The notes beneath the pieces were generated by a model. The model had not been told where the DNA came from and made no database searches. It saw only the letters and a list, made by a program, of their open reading frames with translations. Shown one piece after another: positions 1 to 11,935 of a DNA stretch of 64,000 nt. Within the stretch, counting starts at the first letter, position 1, and every line of letters begins with the position of its first letter. This stretch comes from Mytilus edulis (lineage: Eukaryota). The DNA is taken from NCBI RefSeq assembly GCF_963676685.1, contig NC_092354.1:83762001-83826000 (forward strand), written 5' to 3'. Position numbers and translations under genes: made by a program.

Positions 1-189
1 ATATTTGGTTTCTTTGTGTGTTGCCTTTTTTGCACTTCGGTGTTCTTGTGGTTCTTTTGTTTTCTTCTGAAAGTTGATGTATTTCCCAAAGTTTTGATTT
101 GTAACCTAGATTTGCTTTTTTTTTCTTGTTTCGATTCATGACTTTTGAACAGCGGCATAATACTGTTGCCTATATATCAGCCACCAAAT

Positions 190-580
190 TGTGAAATTTC
201 AATTTCTCTGTAGCAGCATTCCAGCAGCTTCTGTAAATACAGTATTTATTTCTAAGTTTAAACGATATTCAATGCCTTGTTTTACCTATCATGATTTCCT
301 TGATCAGTTGATAGAGTGTTGTTTTTTCTCCCTTAATATGACCTACTGATTTGTACTTTCGTGAAAACCACGATTGGTGCCACACGTAGAGCAGGAACTG
401 TTTACTATTACGGAGCAACTGAATTTCGACCAGCCTTTTTGCGGGGTTTGTAACTAGATTTCAATTTTCTATGTTGTTTTTTGTATAATTTGTCTGTTGA
501 TTCTTTTAACCATTACGTAGTCGGGTAATTTTTTTCATATCAGTTTAAATGTCCCTATAATATCTTTCGATCCTCTTTAA
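190..580 (+). mobile_element. Degenerate 3' fragment of the Penelope-like element family (RT C-terminus plus 3' UTR)
   Basis: Matches 6560-7140 in pieces: attgtgaaatttc...agcagcattccagcagc, ggtgccacacgtagagcagga and tatctttcgatcctcttt versus tatctttcgtccctcttt. Confidence 0.7.
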
Positions 581-669
581 ATATACTTAGTACATAAGAA
601 AATGTAAGAAATGTTTGATATATCTACGGGGAAATATTCTCTTTGACATTCTCCATTCTCAATTTTACA

Positions 670-1040
670 TAGCTATCCTCTAGTACACTTCTTTATATGT
701 ATTAATTTAAACAAAAACTTCCTTATATTTATCATATACTATTTCTGTATCGTTAACATCCTTTTACTGTTCTTGGAAATAAATAACGCGGAAGATGATA
801 CTGTATGAACATCAACCAGGTTAAATTCGATTGAAACTGACATTTTTATTGGTCACCTGTATATTGATAAGTCTCTGTGATGCCTTCTGCTTTGACTTTT
901 TTACTGTTATTACTAAAAATTCCCTTGGGTTCAAATATTCAATAACGCACATGCTTTTTGACGCTAAACAATTGCGTATGGTAAGTCAATGAGTTGATTT
1001 GTTACCGGGATCAGTATGTTTGGTGCATATTGTAACTATT
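670..1040. repeat. Old segmental duplicate, paralogous to 2465-3020 and partly to 7960-8040
   Basis: Shared blocks ttcttggaaataaataacg, cgattgaaactgacatttttatt, tgccttctgctttg, tgggttcaaatat and taccgggatcagtat occur in the same order in both segments. Confidence 0.75.
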
Positions 1041-1257
1041 GTGTTTGGTAAGCTATTCAACGTTTCAATCAGGTTTTGAATATTCAATTAGTTTGGCCTT
1101 GAGCAACACTGAAGCGACATTACTTATCAAAATAAATATCGGATATTTTTCAATCGGTACCATTTATTTTTCAGACTTATGTTATTTATCAAGTGCTGTT
1201 TTACACAAATCATATATTTGACAACTCGTACATTTTCCTCTTTCTCTCGAACATAAC

Positions 1258-1325
1258 ATTTGTTTCCATTCGCCAGTTTTGTTTCCATTCCCCTGTTTTG
1301 TTTCCATTCGCCTGATTTGTTTCCT
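1258..1325. repeat. Short tandem repeat, ~19-bp unit (tttgtttccattcgccNgt) x ~3.5
   Basis: Directly visible repeated tttgtttccattc. Confidence 0.8.
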
Positions 1326-1529
1326 GTGTGAAAGCTTTAACTTGCCATTTTTTAAGAGAATTTCTGTTTTGAATATCCTTGGATTTTTTTATTTTCAGTT
1401 TACTTTTTTCTCTGTATATATTTAAACTATTTTAAAATTCTTGGAAAACAAAAAACAAAAGTTTCTTTGAATCTAACATTATCAAGACGCGTGATTACTT
1501 TATTGACACACTATTAGTTACCACGTTTA

Positions 1530-2075
1530 AGACTGACTAATATCTTGACTTAGATCTAGAAATTGATATTGAGGGTCGGTAGCAAATAAACTTTCGACAA
1601 ACAGATTATGCTAGCCTCTCAAATGTAAACTTTCTATTTGTATGTAGAAGCATTCGAACAGCGCTTGCATGCACTTTATGTGCTTGAGCTTTAAATTTGG
1701 CCTTATGATTAGATATTTTCCTCAAAGTTCAGTATTTCTATAATTTTACTTTTTATACACAGAATATATTTCCAAGTTGAAACGATATTCATGATTACCT
1801 ATTAGAGGATTGCCCCCGCTTTTTTCATATTGTGACCTAACAAATTAGACTCATCACCGATTATGTACGTCCATGAGCAGCACGATGGGTGCCGAATATA
1901 GAACAAGGTCTGCTAATTACCATTCCGGTGCATCTGAAATTGTACCAGTTTAGCGGGGTTTCTGTATTAGTATTTAGTTTTCTATATTGTTTTTGTACTC
2001 AGACTGTAGTTTGCAAGATAGTTGTTATTTAATATGTAATTTTCGACGAATGAGTTTGAATTTCCCTTTTGTTTG
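1530..2075 (+). mobile_element. Degenerate 3' fragment of the Penelope-like element family
   Basis: cttgacttagatctagaaattgatattgagggtcgg matches 6482-6520 (YLDLHLEIDNE); gcacgatgggtgcc and tgagtttgaatttccc match the element's 3' UTR. Confidence 0.75.
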
Positions 2076-2096
2076 TTTAAAACAATATTTAGACCA

Positions 2097-2430
2097 TGAG
2101 AAAAGTTAGATACATTTGAAGTTTTGAAGTAACTGAGAAAGGGTAAGAATCATTTGAAGTTTTGAAGGAACTGAGAAAGGGTAAGATACATTTGAAATTT
2201 TGAAGTAACTCAGAAAAGGTAAGACTCATTTAAAGTTTTGAAGTAACTGAGAAAGGGTAAGAATCATTTGAAGTTTTGAAATAACTGAGAAAGGGTAAAA
2301 ATCGTTTGAAGTTTTGAAGTTACTGTGAACGGGTTAGAATCATTTGAAGTTTTGAAGTAACTGAGAAAGAGTAAGAATCATTTGAAGTTTTGAAGTAACT
2401 GAGAAAGGGTAAAAATCATTTGAAGTTTTA
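2097..2430. repeat. 38-bp minisatellite, ~8.7 copies (catttgaagttttgaagtaactgagaaagggtaagaat)
   Basis: Unit starts at 2113, 2151, 2189 and so on to 2417, with a constant 38-bp period. Confidence 0.95.
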
Positions 2431-3915
2431 AAATCCCTACGGAAAAGAAGTCTACATAATTCATCTAGCTATCCACACTTCTTAATATTTTATATAAATA
2501 TAATAAAAGAGGGACGAAAGATACCAAAGGGACATTCAAACTCGTAAATCTAAAACAAACTGACAACGCCATGGCTTAGACTAACACTTCCTCATATTTA
2601 TGATTTACTATTTCTGAATCGTTTACATCCTTCTTCAGTTCTTGGAAATAAATAACGAGGAAGATGACAGTGTATCAACATCACGTTTAATACGATTGAA
2701 ACTGACATTTTTATTTGTCAACTGTTTATTGTTAAAAAAAGTATAATCACAAAAATATTGAACTCCGCGGAAAATTAAAAACGGAAAGTCCCTTATCAAA
2801 TGACAAAATCAAATGATAAAACACATCGAACTAAGTTGCCTTCTGCTTTGCCTTTGTACTGGTATAACCTTTGTATGATATAACCTTAACATATCCTGGG
2901 TTCAAATATCCACTAACGCACATTCTTTGTGTAGCTTAACGATTGCGTAGTGTAAATCAATGAGTAAATTAACTACCGGGATCAGTATTTTTGATGTACA
3001 TTGTATTTTGGTTAATAAGCTAATTCCGTTTATATGATTTGGACTAAGAAAATTCATTAAGTGCTTGGTTTAGTTTAAACATATTTTATTTGCTGAATTA
3101 AAGAAAAATGGATTAGACACAAGTAAATCATACTTATGATGTCTTCTCCAAAATACAATACAAAGTTACAATAATAGTATAATATAATGGACATGCATAT
3201 AAAAAAAAGTTTTTAAAATATAATACTAGCTTTCATAGGTAAACAAAGAGGAGAGAAAGTAAATAGAGACAAAGAAAGTTTGAAAAATCGTATAATTCTG
3301 TGACGATGACTTGTGACCACTGGGTCGATGTCTCCTCTGCTTGGTTTATTTTACAGTCAATCCCGCTTCTGCTAGGCTACAGGCCCGAAGGGTATCATTA
3401 ACAGTACTGCTATGATCATCCATCTTAAATTGTCCGTTGGTAAATTAAGAATTATGAAAAAATAAGGTATCGACTCTTTCAGTTAAAAGTCCTTATGAAT
3501 TATATGATTATGAGTTTACAAAATCCATTTTGGTCATAAAGCTCCTGACTGGTTTTTATACCTTCATGGTTTTCAAATGTTTTGGTTTAAGGCGTTATCA
3601 ATGACTTTAAAAAAATCACTGCGGACACATGTAGCTTATATACAATGTAGTATAGCTTTTATTATGTTTTGGTCGTCTACGTTATTTCGTGTTCCTGTTA
3701 AAATAGTAGAAATGTTTCAGAGCAAATGATATCCAAATAAAAACTAAAGAATCCTTTGTAAGTTTGGAGCTAAACGAATATCAATAGAAGATATAAGACC
3801 AAGACAATTGAAGAATTTCATATTTATGATAAATGAATATTGGAAATTAATGATATATGATTGAAATTCACATTTATAGAAACATGATATGCTTAAGATA
3901 TTTTAATCAATGTAG

Positions 3916-6900
3916 AACCAAGAGTTCCAAATGGTGAAGTTGAAATCATCCCTTCGTAAATGTTACGGACGCCATCCCGAAGATCAAACAGGAAACTGGC
4001 TCGGACGTCGCCCAGTATAAAAAGGTCGGAAACAAACGTCATCATGGACACCGTGTCGTCTGAATCGACATGTGTCCCCTTATCACCAGACATGACAAAT
4101 ATCTCAAACATTACTCATTCAGATCATCGTCTTAGTGACAATAGCAATATTACACATATACAGCCATGTTCATTTCTCCTTAAAGACATTTTGGTTTTTG
4201 ATGACACAGTACAAAACAGTCGCATTTCGAAATGTGAGACCAAAGGCTGCAAAACTTGTGCAATTTTAATTACAGATGATGAATTCACTAGCAATTTGAC
4301 TAAGTCATAGTTTACCAGAAGTTACGGTGATCTGAATTGTAATTCGATTAATGTCGTCTACGAATTGGAGTGCAACCTTTGCGAATTGGTATGCGTCGGT
4401 AAAACGAAAGGAAGGCTGAACAAACGTATGTGCGGTAGATCGGACATTAACCTCAATGCAAACGACATTGTATTCCAGCATTTTAATCAGCCCGATCATT
4501 CCATCGTTTCTATGACAGTTCGCATTATCGAAAAGATATACCATAGCTCTAACAATCCTAATATTTCAACGACTCTCCGTAGACAAAAAAGAGGACTACT
4601 GGATTAGACAATTGGGCACTGCGACACCCTATGGTTGCAATAACAAAATAGATGGTATAGGTATTCTAACTAACTCTTCATGTAACTCGGTGAATGTGAT
4701 GAATATTTTCAACTCGACTCCCAGACGTAGACGCAGTCATGGTCATCGTCATTATACGTCACCTTCTCTGCATGATGACTCTATTAATGACTTGCTGCCA
4801 TTTATACAAAAGCCGTTAGTTATTAATCACATTCGCACGAAACTTTATTCATTACCCCTTTCAAAACTTCATTCTCTGTTCAATTTATGTTTGGAATCAA
4901 CTGTAACAAACCCTCATTCAAACCAATACAAACTTGAAGCTATGATTTCGGATATTACAAGTCCCAGACTTTTCAAGCCAGTCCGCATTGGAAAAGATGA
5001 AAAAGAGAAAAGATCTTTCCTTAATCTTTCCTTTGCAAACAAAGGTCTCTTCTATGTCGTCAACTAAGACAATATCCTTCATCATAAATTAGTTAAATCG
5101 AAAATACCACCTTATTTCAAAGACCAGTCTGTACCAATGATTTCTTATACCTATACCAAACCTATTGCAACTAAAATTTTCAATTACAAACACGTTTTGC
5201 AGGATCTCGATATTGACGAGTTCAAGTCTTAACCTCCTGATTGCACTTGTGCTAGTTCCCAATTCACACATAATCCTGCTGGTCACGTTATTACCGGTGA
5301 TCTCACCATTGTTAATAACACTTCTCTACGAAATGTGTTATCGAAAGGTCCGAAATATCGTGAGCCTAAATCCATCAATTGGAAATACAACTTCAAAATG
5401 TTGATGCATTCAGTCGAGGATTATGCCAGGCAATTGGCTACGCGCGAGCAGGAAGACGTAGACACACTTTCCGAATGGATTAAGGCAGTGAGGTCGTTGA
5501 TACAAATCAGAATTAAGAAACTGAATGGGTCTATCAATACCCATGCTACGTCAATCTTTAAAGACCCAAATGTTGCAAAACACCTATATCCTATTCATGA
5601 CAAATATGTTGTTGTCCCCGCAGATAAAGCCCCACACACATCGTTTTTGTCTGTAAAACTCATTACATTAACTGCTTGATAAACGAATAAGGTATTGACA
5701 ATTCACTTGGAAACTCAACATATACCCTCACGACACTTACCAAAGAGGAAATCCTGGATAATCATAAGTCTGGTCTTCGTTCCTTTGGAATTTCAACCAA
5801 AGATGAAACACTGGATCTTCCATCACTGTATCGGATACCTAAACTACATTAGTTTCATAACACACAAGGGTATATTATTAACATCTATGTTATCTATCAG
5901 CAATCAAAAACGGGCTTAAAAGTTATTGTGAAACTGCCTATTCTACAGGTGGCGTTAATCAGATGTTGATACTTAAAAATTTCAAAGACCCTCTAGAGTA
6001 CATACAATCTAACTCTCTTTCATCTTGTAACAGTATTAAACCATTTGACTTTTCTACTCTTTACACATGTAATCCTCATTTCAAACTAAAAGCCAAATTG
6101 AAAGAGTTGGTATTGATTCGCTCCATAAAAAAGAATGGCCATATAGATTCAAGTATCTAAGGGAGGGATAAATCCTACTTTGTAAAGGATCACTCTGATT
6201 CAAACAAAAAATTCTCTGAAACTGATATTATCAAGATGCTTGATTTCTTGATTGACAACATATTTGTTACGTTCGGAGGACGTGTTTTTCAACAGACGGT
6301 CGGCATTCCAATGGGAACAAAATGTGCCCCTCTACTTGCCGACTTGTTTCTTTATTATCATGAGGCTGACTTCAAGCAGGAAATTCATTAAATTATTCAA
6401 AAATTTTGACTATGTGGAACGCATCTATCCCATCGAACTAGAGATAAAGGATACTTCAGATACAGTTAAGTCGGCCTCATATCTTGACTTACATCTAGAA
6501 ATTGACAATGAGAGTCGGTTGAAAACAAATCTTTACGACAAAAGAGATGATTTCAGCTTTCCAATTGTGAACTTTCCATTTCTAAGTAGCAACATTTCAG
6601 CTGCACCTGCATACGGGGTATATATTCTCCCAATTGATACGATAATTCCGTGCTTGCATTTCCTATCATGATTTTCTATTTAGAGGGTTGCTGTTCACAA
6701 GGAAGCTATTAAACCAAGAGTTCCAAATGGTGAAGTTGAAATCATCCCTTCGTAAATTTTACGGACGCCATCACGAGTTTGTTGACAGATATGGAATAAC
6801 TGTTTCACAAATGATATCGGATATGTTCCTTAAGTCGTAACTACAACCCCCTTCCCTTTCATGAATGTGACCTACCGAATTAGACTATTTACCGGATTTG

Positions 6901-7140
6901 TTATCACATAAGCAACACGACGGGTGCCACATGAGGAGCAGGGTCTGTTTACCTTTCCAGAGCACCTGAGATCACCCCTAGTTCTTTGTGGGGTTCGTGT
7001 TGTTTATTCTTTAGTTTTCTATGTTGAGCATGTGTACTATTGTTTTTCTGTTTGCCTTTTTCATATTTAGCCATGGCGTTGTCAGTTCATTTTCGATTTA
7101 TGAGTTTGACTGTCCCTTTGGTATCTTTCGTCCCTCTTTC
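3916..7140 (+). mobile_element. Penelope-like retroelement of the Naiad/Chlamys type (N-terminal GIY-YIG endonuclease followed by RT), pseudogenised
   Basis: CETKGCKTC (~4232), then NVVYELECNLCELVCVGKTKGRLNKR...HFNQPDH...WIRQLGTATPYGCN (GIY-YIG, 4350-4645), which lies upstream of the linker DCTC...PAGHVITGD and the RT motifs KGPKYREP, YVVVPADKA, PKLH, FDFSTLYT, QTVGIPMGTKCAPLLADLFL, SASYLDLHLEID and YDKRDDFSFPIVNFPFLSSNI. There are multiple stops and frameshifts. Confidence 0.9.
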
Positions 7141-7499
7141 ATAGAGTTTCTATATACTGAATATTAGAAAAAACAACAAAGGTTCCATAACGCTTCACAT
7201 TTATAGTTTTCACAAATGCTTTCAATGTTTTTGGTTTTTTTTTTATCAAAGAAGATACAACCCATTGTGACCTCGGTTGTTCTGCTTTTACTAGCTGTTA
7301 TATGCTTTCAAGATATAAACGGGAATTTCCTTCCCATAATAAATCGAAGGTTTTACGTTTTTCATGAAAAAACATGCATAAAGGACACGGTTTCTTTATT
7401 AGAGTATAATTTCTATTTTTTAATTACAAGAGATGTAGTCGTATTGTTTTGAAAATTTTCGGGAACGATAATAAAAAGTCATAACTTACTTAATTTCTT

Positions 7500-7637
7500 A
7501 CTTTTTGGGATTTTGGATCTTCAATGCTCGTATACTTTGTACTTGTTTGGCTTTATAAATATTTTGATGTGAGCGTCTCTGATGAGTCTTATGTAGACTG
7601 GCGTACTAAATTATAATCCTGGTACCTTTGATAACTA
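7500..7637 (+). repeat. Retrozyme-like repeat fragment with a deleted hammerhead core
   Basis: gagcgtctCTGATGAgtcttatgtagac|tggcgta lacks the 12-nt GAAACGCGCGTC seen in the intact copy at 16492-16538. Confidence 0.75.
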
Positions 7638-8074
7638 TCAAATGTATTGTATATGTCAATTAATGGTATATATACAGATTTATTGAAGAATACGCCATGT
7701 TTAGATAAAACAATTAATGTTTTTATTTTCGACGGATTTCGTTCCATTTCACTTTGTAAATGTAGCTTCTTTTTCTAAAAAGATCGTTAAATGTTATTTA
7801 AAATTCATCGTTGGGCCTACTTGTTCCCATATTTGATTCCATCTAGAAAAACTATCACATCTATCTTATCTTTACTAGTATATTTGAGAGCAGAGGAATT
7901 GGGTGTACACATTTCTAATACAAACCTAAACTTTTTTTCAAATGCATTTTAAATTTTTGACAAACACTTCCTCATGTATTATATACTATTTCCGAATCCT
8001 TATCGTCGTTCTCGAAATGATTAATTAGGACGATGAAAGATACTTGAAAAAAGTGGAAGCTGGTTGCTGTTACT

Positions 8075-8280
8075 AGAAAGTAAAATTACAAAAATACTGA
8101 ACTCTCGGGAAAATTCTAAACGGAAAGTCCATAATCAAATGGCATAATCAAAAGCTGAAACATATCAAACGAGTTGATTACAACTGTCATATTCCTGACT
8201 TGGTACAGGTATTGTCTTGTGTACCAAACGGTGGAATTTTAAACATGTGTTTATAGCTAGCAAGACCTCTGACTTGTACG
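8075..8280 (+). repeat. Interspersed repeat family 'aaaagtaaaatcacaaaaatactgaactc...catattcctgacttggtacagg'
   Basis: Homologous copies at 2735-2835, 32190-32345 and 59978-60175 (+), and at 13770-13900 and 47690-47970 (-). Confidence 0.75.
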
Positions 8281-8319
8281 ATAAAACTGAGTTACAGTTA
8301 AAATGAGTTATATTTATTA

Positions 8320-8572
8320 ATTACCTGTTTACAAAATTTAGAATTTTTGAAATACTAAGGCTTTTCTACCTCAGACATAGTTTACCTTAGCTATATTTGG
8401 CAAAATTTTTAAGAAATTTGGTCCTTAATGCGTTTCTACTTCGTACTTTATTTGGCCATTTAACTTTGTTAGATTCGAGCGTCACTGGTGAGTCTTTTGT
8501 AGACGAAACCCGCGGGACGCGTCTGGCGTATATACAATATTTAGTCCTGGTATTTATGATTAGTTTATTCAC
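8320..8572 (+). repeat. Retrozyme-like repeat monomer with a variant hammerhead (8477-8530)
   Basis: Reverse-complement homologue of 16457-16730. The core reads gagcgtca-CTGGTGA-gtct tttgt agac-GAAA-cccgcgggacgcg-TC-tggcgta (A>G in CUGAUGA, 7-nt insertion in helix III). Confidence 0.8.
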
Positions 8573-8992
8573 AGATTTCTAATAAGACATGTAAATTTTG
8601 CTGTAAACTGGCGGTTGTCGTATAATTTACGTTTTAACCTATACATTCCATAACTATTGGCTGCTGACTTGATATTTGGTTATAATGACAAAACTGCAAG
8701 CCTTCGTAATGTCTTATTTGTAGTATTTTATTTTTTCACATAACGGATATATGAATGAGTTATATCTTTGTTAAGTTTCGATTAAGCACATACAGTGTAG
8801 CTGGATATATTTTATGTTTAAAAGTGACAAAATGCAATGATGTTTATATATATTTACATCTTTGAAATCTTTTTTCTATAATAAGTATCCAATAATTGTA
8901 TCCGAAACGGGCAATAAACTACAAGATTTGTCCATACATACAAATATAGTTTTGAAGTTTGGCTGTTTCGAATACTTAGTTCTCCTCTTATA

Positions 8993-10234
8993 TACAGCCC
9001 GCCAAAAGTTAAGCACCACCTATCTTTATTGCATCGACATTTTTTCCAAATAAAAAAATCAATTATTCCTCGAAAAAACGAAAACATGCATGTAGCAATT
9101 TTGCTATCACATACCATAAATAAACCACAAATATAATTTTGGTCACTTATGAAATTTTTCTGTATTTAGGTTTTAAGTTCAAAGAAATAGTGTAAATTAC
9201 ACAAATTCGAAACGGAATTTATGTTTTAATGTGATTTTATATTTATACAACTATTGATCATCTATTGTCAATAACATGTGTACCAACCTCCCTTTCGGTA
9301 CAGTTCCATTACACGACTTCTCATACTCGTAACAAGCATTCAAAACTTTAGTTGAGGAAATCTAAGCCGTTCACCTACAATTGCCACTTTTAAATTGACA
9401 AAATTTTGTGAAGGTGAATCTCTGCGATTGAGATTTCTGTCAAGGGCATCTCAGGCAGGTTCTATAGGGTTTATGTATGGAGATATGGAAGGCCAAAGGG
9501 TTTGGGTAAATGGATTTGTGTTTTGTTTTTACACCGTTAAAATCCTTGCCCTGTGTAGTCTAGCGTTTTCGTCCATGTACAAGGATCTTGACCATGTTGA
9601 TGCAAGTTGGGGATTATCAAAATGAGGGGCTACAATGTTTCAGACACCAAATCTCTGTATGCATGTCCGTTTATATGACCCTGAAGAATAAGCATTCCCG
9701 GCTAACAACGGTATAAGAAGCAACCCCGTACAACACCACTAGCACCGCATGCAGTCATTGGGCACATGTTGTTTTGATCATAGGCCGTTTTATTTCCCCG
9801 TGAAATTCGTATTATGGCGTCTATTGTTCGAAACACAAACCGACTCTCATCTGAACAATGAGTGTTTTTCAGCTTCTCATGTTCAAGCATAGACAGCCAT
9901 TCCCCCAATCAAATCAACCTGTACAGTGCCTTTCTGTTATTTCATTTTTTTGACAACACGACTTGCTCTTCTGTTGTCTCTTTGAAGTTGACGGACATAT
10001 GTTCGCACTCTAACAATACCATCTGTAGAAACAGTGTAGTTGTAAACGCGCAGATGCTCTTTACTAAAAAGTTGCTTGTCTGCTTTATTGGAGTTCAAAT
10101 TTGTTTTATCGTAATGAATTTTCTTAGTGTGTGTTGAAGGCAATTCATAAAACCAAACATCAACATTTTTTCGCAATAAATAAGAAAATATTGCCAGTTT
10201 TATATCGGTCGTGCTTAACTTTTGGCGGCCTATA
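8993..10234 (-). mobile_element. Tc1/mariner DNA transposon relic with TIRs
   Basis: 28-bp TIRs (TACAGCCCGCCAAAAGTTAAGCACCACC at 8993-9020; reverse complement of 10207-10234, 25/28 identical) flanked by TA. Minus-strand DDE remnants are SDESRF, MDENARLH and WPSISPYINPIEPA*DAL. Confidence 0.9.
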
Positions 10235-10789
10235 TATTTGCCCTGTTTCCCTCAGTTTTAGTTAGTAACCCGGATTTGTGTTTTTTTTCTCAATCGATAT
10301 ATGAATTTCGAACAGCGATGAGGTAAAGATGGGAATTAATTTGGCCTTTCTTCTTTATTAGTCAGCATAAATATATATATGCTCATATTTCTGTACCACT
10401 ATACACTGTTTAACTTTTTTTTTCAAATATCTCTTTAAAAGTTATAGTTTACATCTTGTGTGGAAATATTCACTTTGACATTTTTAATGCGGACTAATTA
10501 AATTCTAAATTTAAAAAGGTACAAACGAGAATTTGTTTTAGATTGTTACAATGCTGTTAGTATAGTGATTAATACTAGGCAAACAAAAAATGCTATATGC
10601 TTGTAAAATCATTTAAAGTTTTAAAAACATTATAACAATTATGATAACAATAAGTTAATTGCATAGTTGGCTAACATAATTTTGAAGAGAACAATAACAA
10701 GTTTTCTCTATTGAAAACAATATTGCACATTTTCTGACAATGTTTACAGGGGAGTACATAATTCAGGTTAACATGTCATACCTTGTACT

Positions 10790-11130
10790 CTTGTATTTAT
10801 TACCTCCGTCGCATGGAATCAATAAGACGTCGAATAAAGTCTTGAGGGATGTTGTTTCCATTTCCTGAAAAGTGCTGGGCGACGAGCTCTGAGACCAACT
10901 TGACGCGATCGGTTGCGAACTGTTAGAGCAGATATTCTGATGCTAGTCTTCTGTGGGTTTGTCGTAAAGTTTTTGACGCGTTTACAAATCTATTCTGGAA
11001 ATAAATGATGCAGATTTGCATGTCTTGGCGAAACGGCGTTTAACGTAGCCTGTCACTACGGGGAAGTATCTGTGAGACGAGTCCTTAGCCGGGGCATTGC
11101 ATTTCGTGTGACTTTTTAATTTTTTAAATG
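10790..11130 (-). mobile_element. Internally deleted Tc1-family transposase relic
   Basis: The minus strand gives LPRSDR-like and RISALTVRNRSRQVGLRARRP (Tc1 DNA-binding region) joined directly to NNIPQDFIRRLIDSMRRR (Tc1 C-terminus); the DDE core is missing. Confidence 0.75.
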
Positions 11131-11759
11131 CAATTTTTAAAGGACAACTCGATTCCATCTCTATTCTGGTAAATTTTTGAAACACAATATTATTTGTTTG
11201 AAATCAGAAAATGACATCACGTCATTTCCGATATTTTCTATAAATGAGTAAATATGATAGATAAATCTCTTAGATGACTAGTTTTAATAATGAAAGTATT
11301 GGAAATGAATATATGCAATATTATCAAATTAAAAACCAATGTAACGTTTTTTGTTGCGTAGTATATATTTACACTTTCTTAAATAGTAATGTCACGATAC
11401 GTATTTCTAAACAGAATACCATTTAGAGATGGGAGTTGTTGGCATGTTGAATAAATATGTTAAGCTTATGTTAAGTGCTAATCAAAAGCAGTTCTACCTC
11501 GACCATGGTATTGCAATACTTAGATCTTAACATCAACTGAAAAATATTAAGCTCTAAACAATAAATCCTTTTGTAGAAAATTTGATTCGTGTTATATGTT
11601 TTATACCTCGTACAATTCCCTGATAAGATATGTGGTTTTTTTAATGATATTTCAAAGAAATCTATCTTTCAAATTGTTTTTTCCTAAGTTATAATTTACT
11701 TATTTAAACCTAATAATTGTTGAGGATCGTATCAAGGACAGACAAAAAGATACATGTTG

Positions 11760-11935
11760 GGCTAATTTTTTAGAATTTTGGATCCTCAATGCTCTCTTCA
11801 AGATGGTTCGTGTATGGCTATATAACTATTTTGATCTGGGCGTCACTTATGAGTCTGATGTAGACGGAACGCCAATCTGGCGTACTAAATAAACTCATGA
11901 TAGATACTAAATTATGATCCCAGTACCTTTGATAA
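11760..11935 (+). repeat. Retrozyme-like repeat fragment, hammerhead degenerate
   Basis: gggcgtca-cttatga-gtctgatgtagac-ggaa-cgccaa-tc-tggcgta at 11838-11884, with the same flanks as the other copies. Confidence 0.7.

Noticed and set aside
1100-1145. Possible further hammerhead (gagcaacactgaagcgacattacttatcaaaa)
   Set aside because: The core is too degenerate (no CUGANGA or GAAA) to support a call.
4300-6700. Selenocysteine recoding in the Naiad-type element
   Set aside because: The in-frame stops I traced are TAG/TAA (4308, ~5230, ~5688), not TGA at Cys positions, and I could not identify a SECIS by eye.
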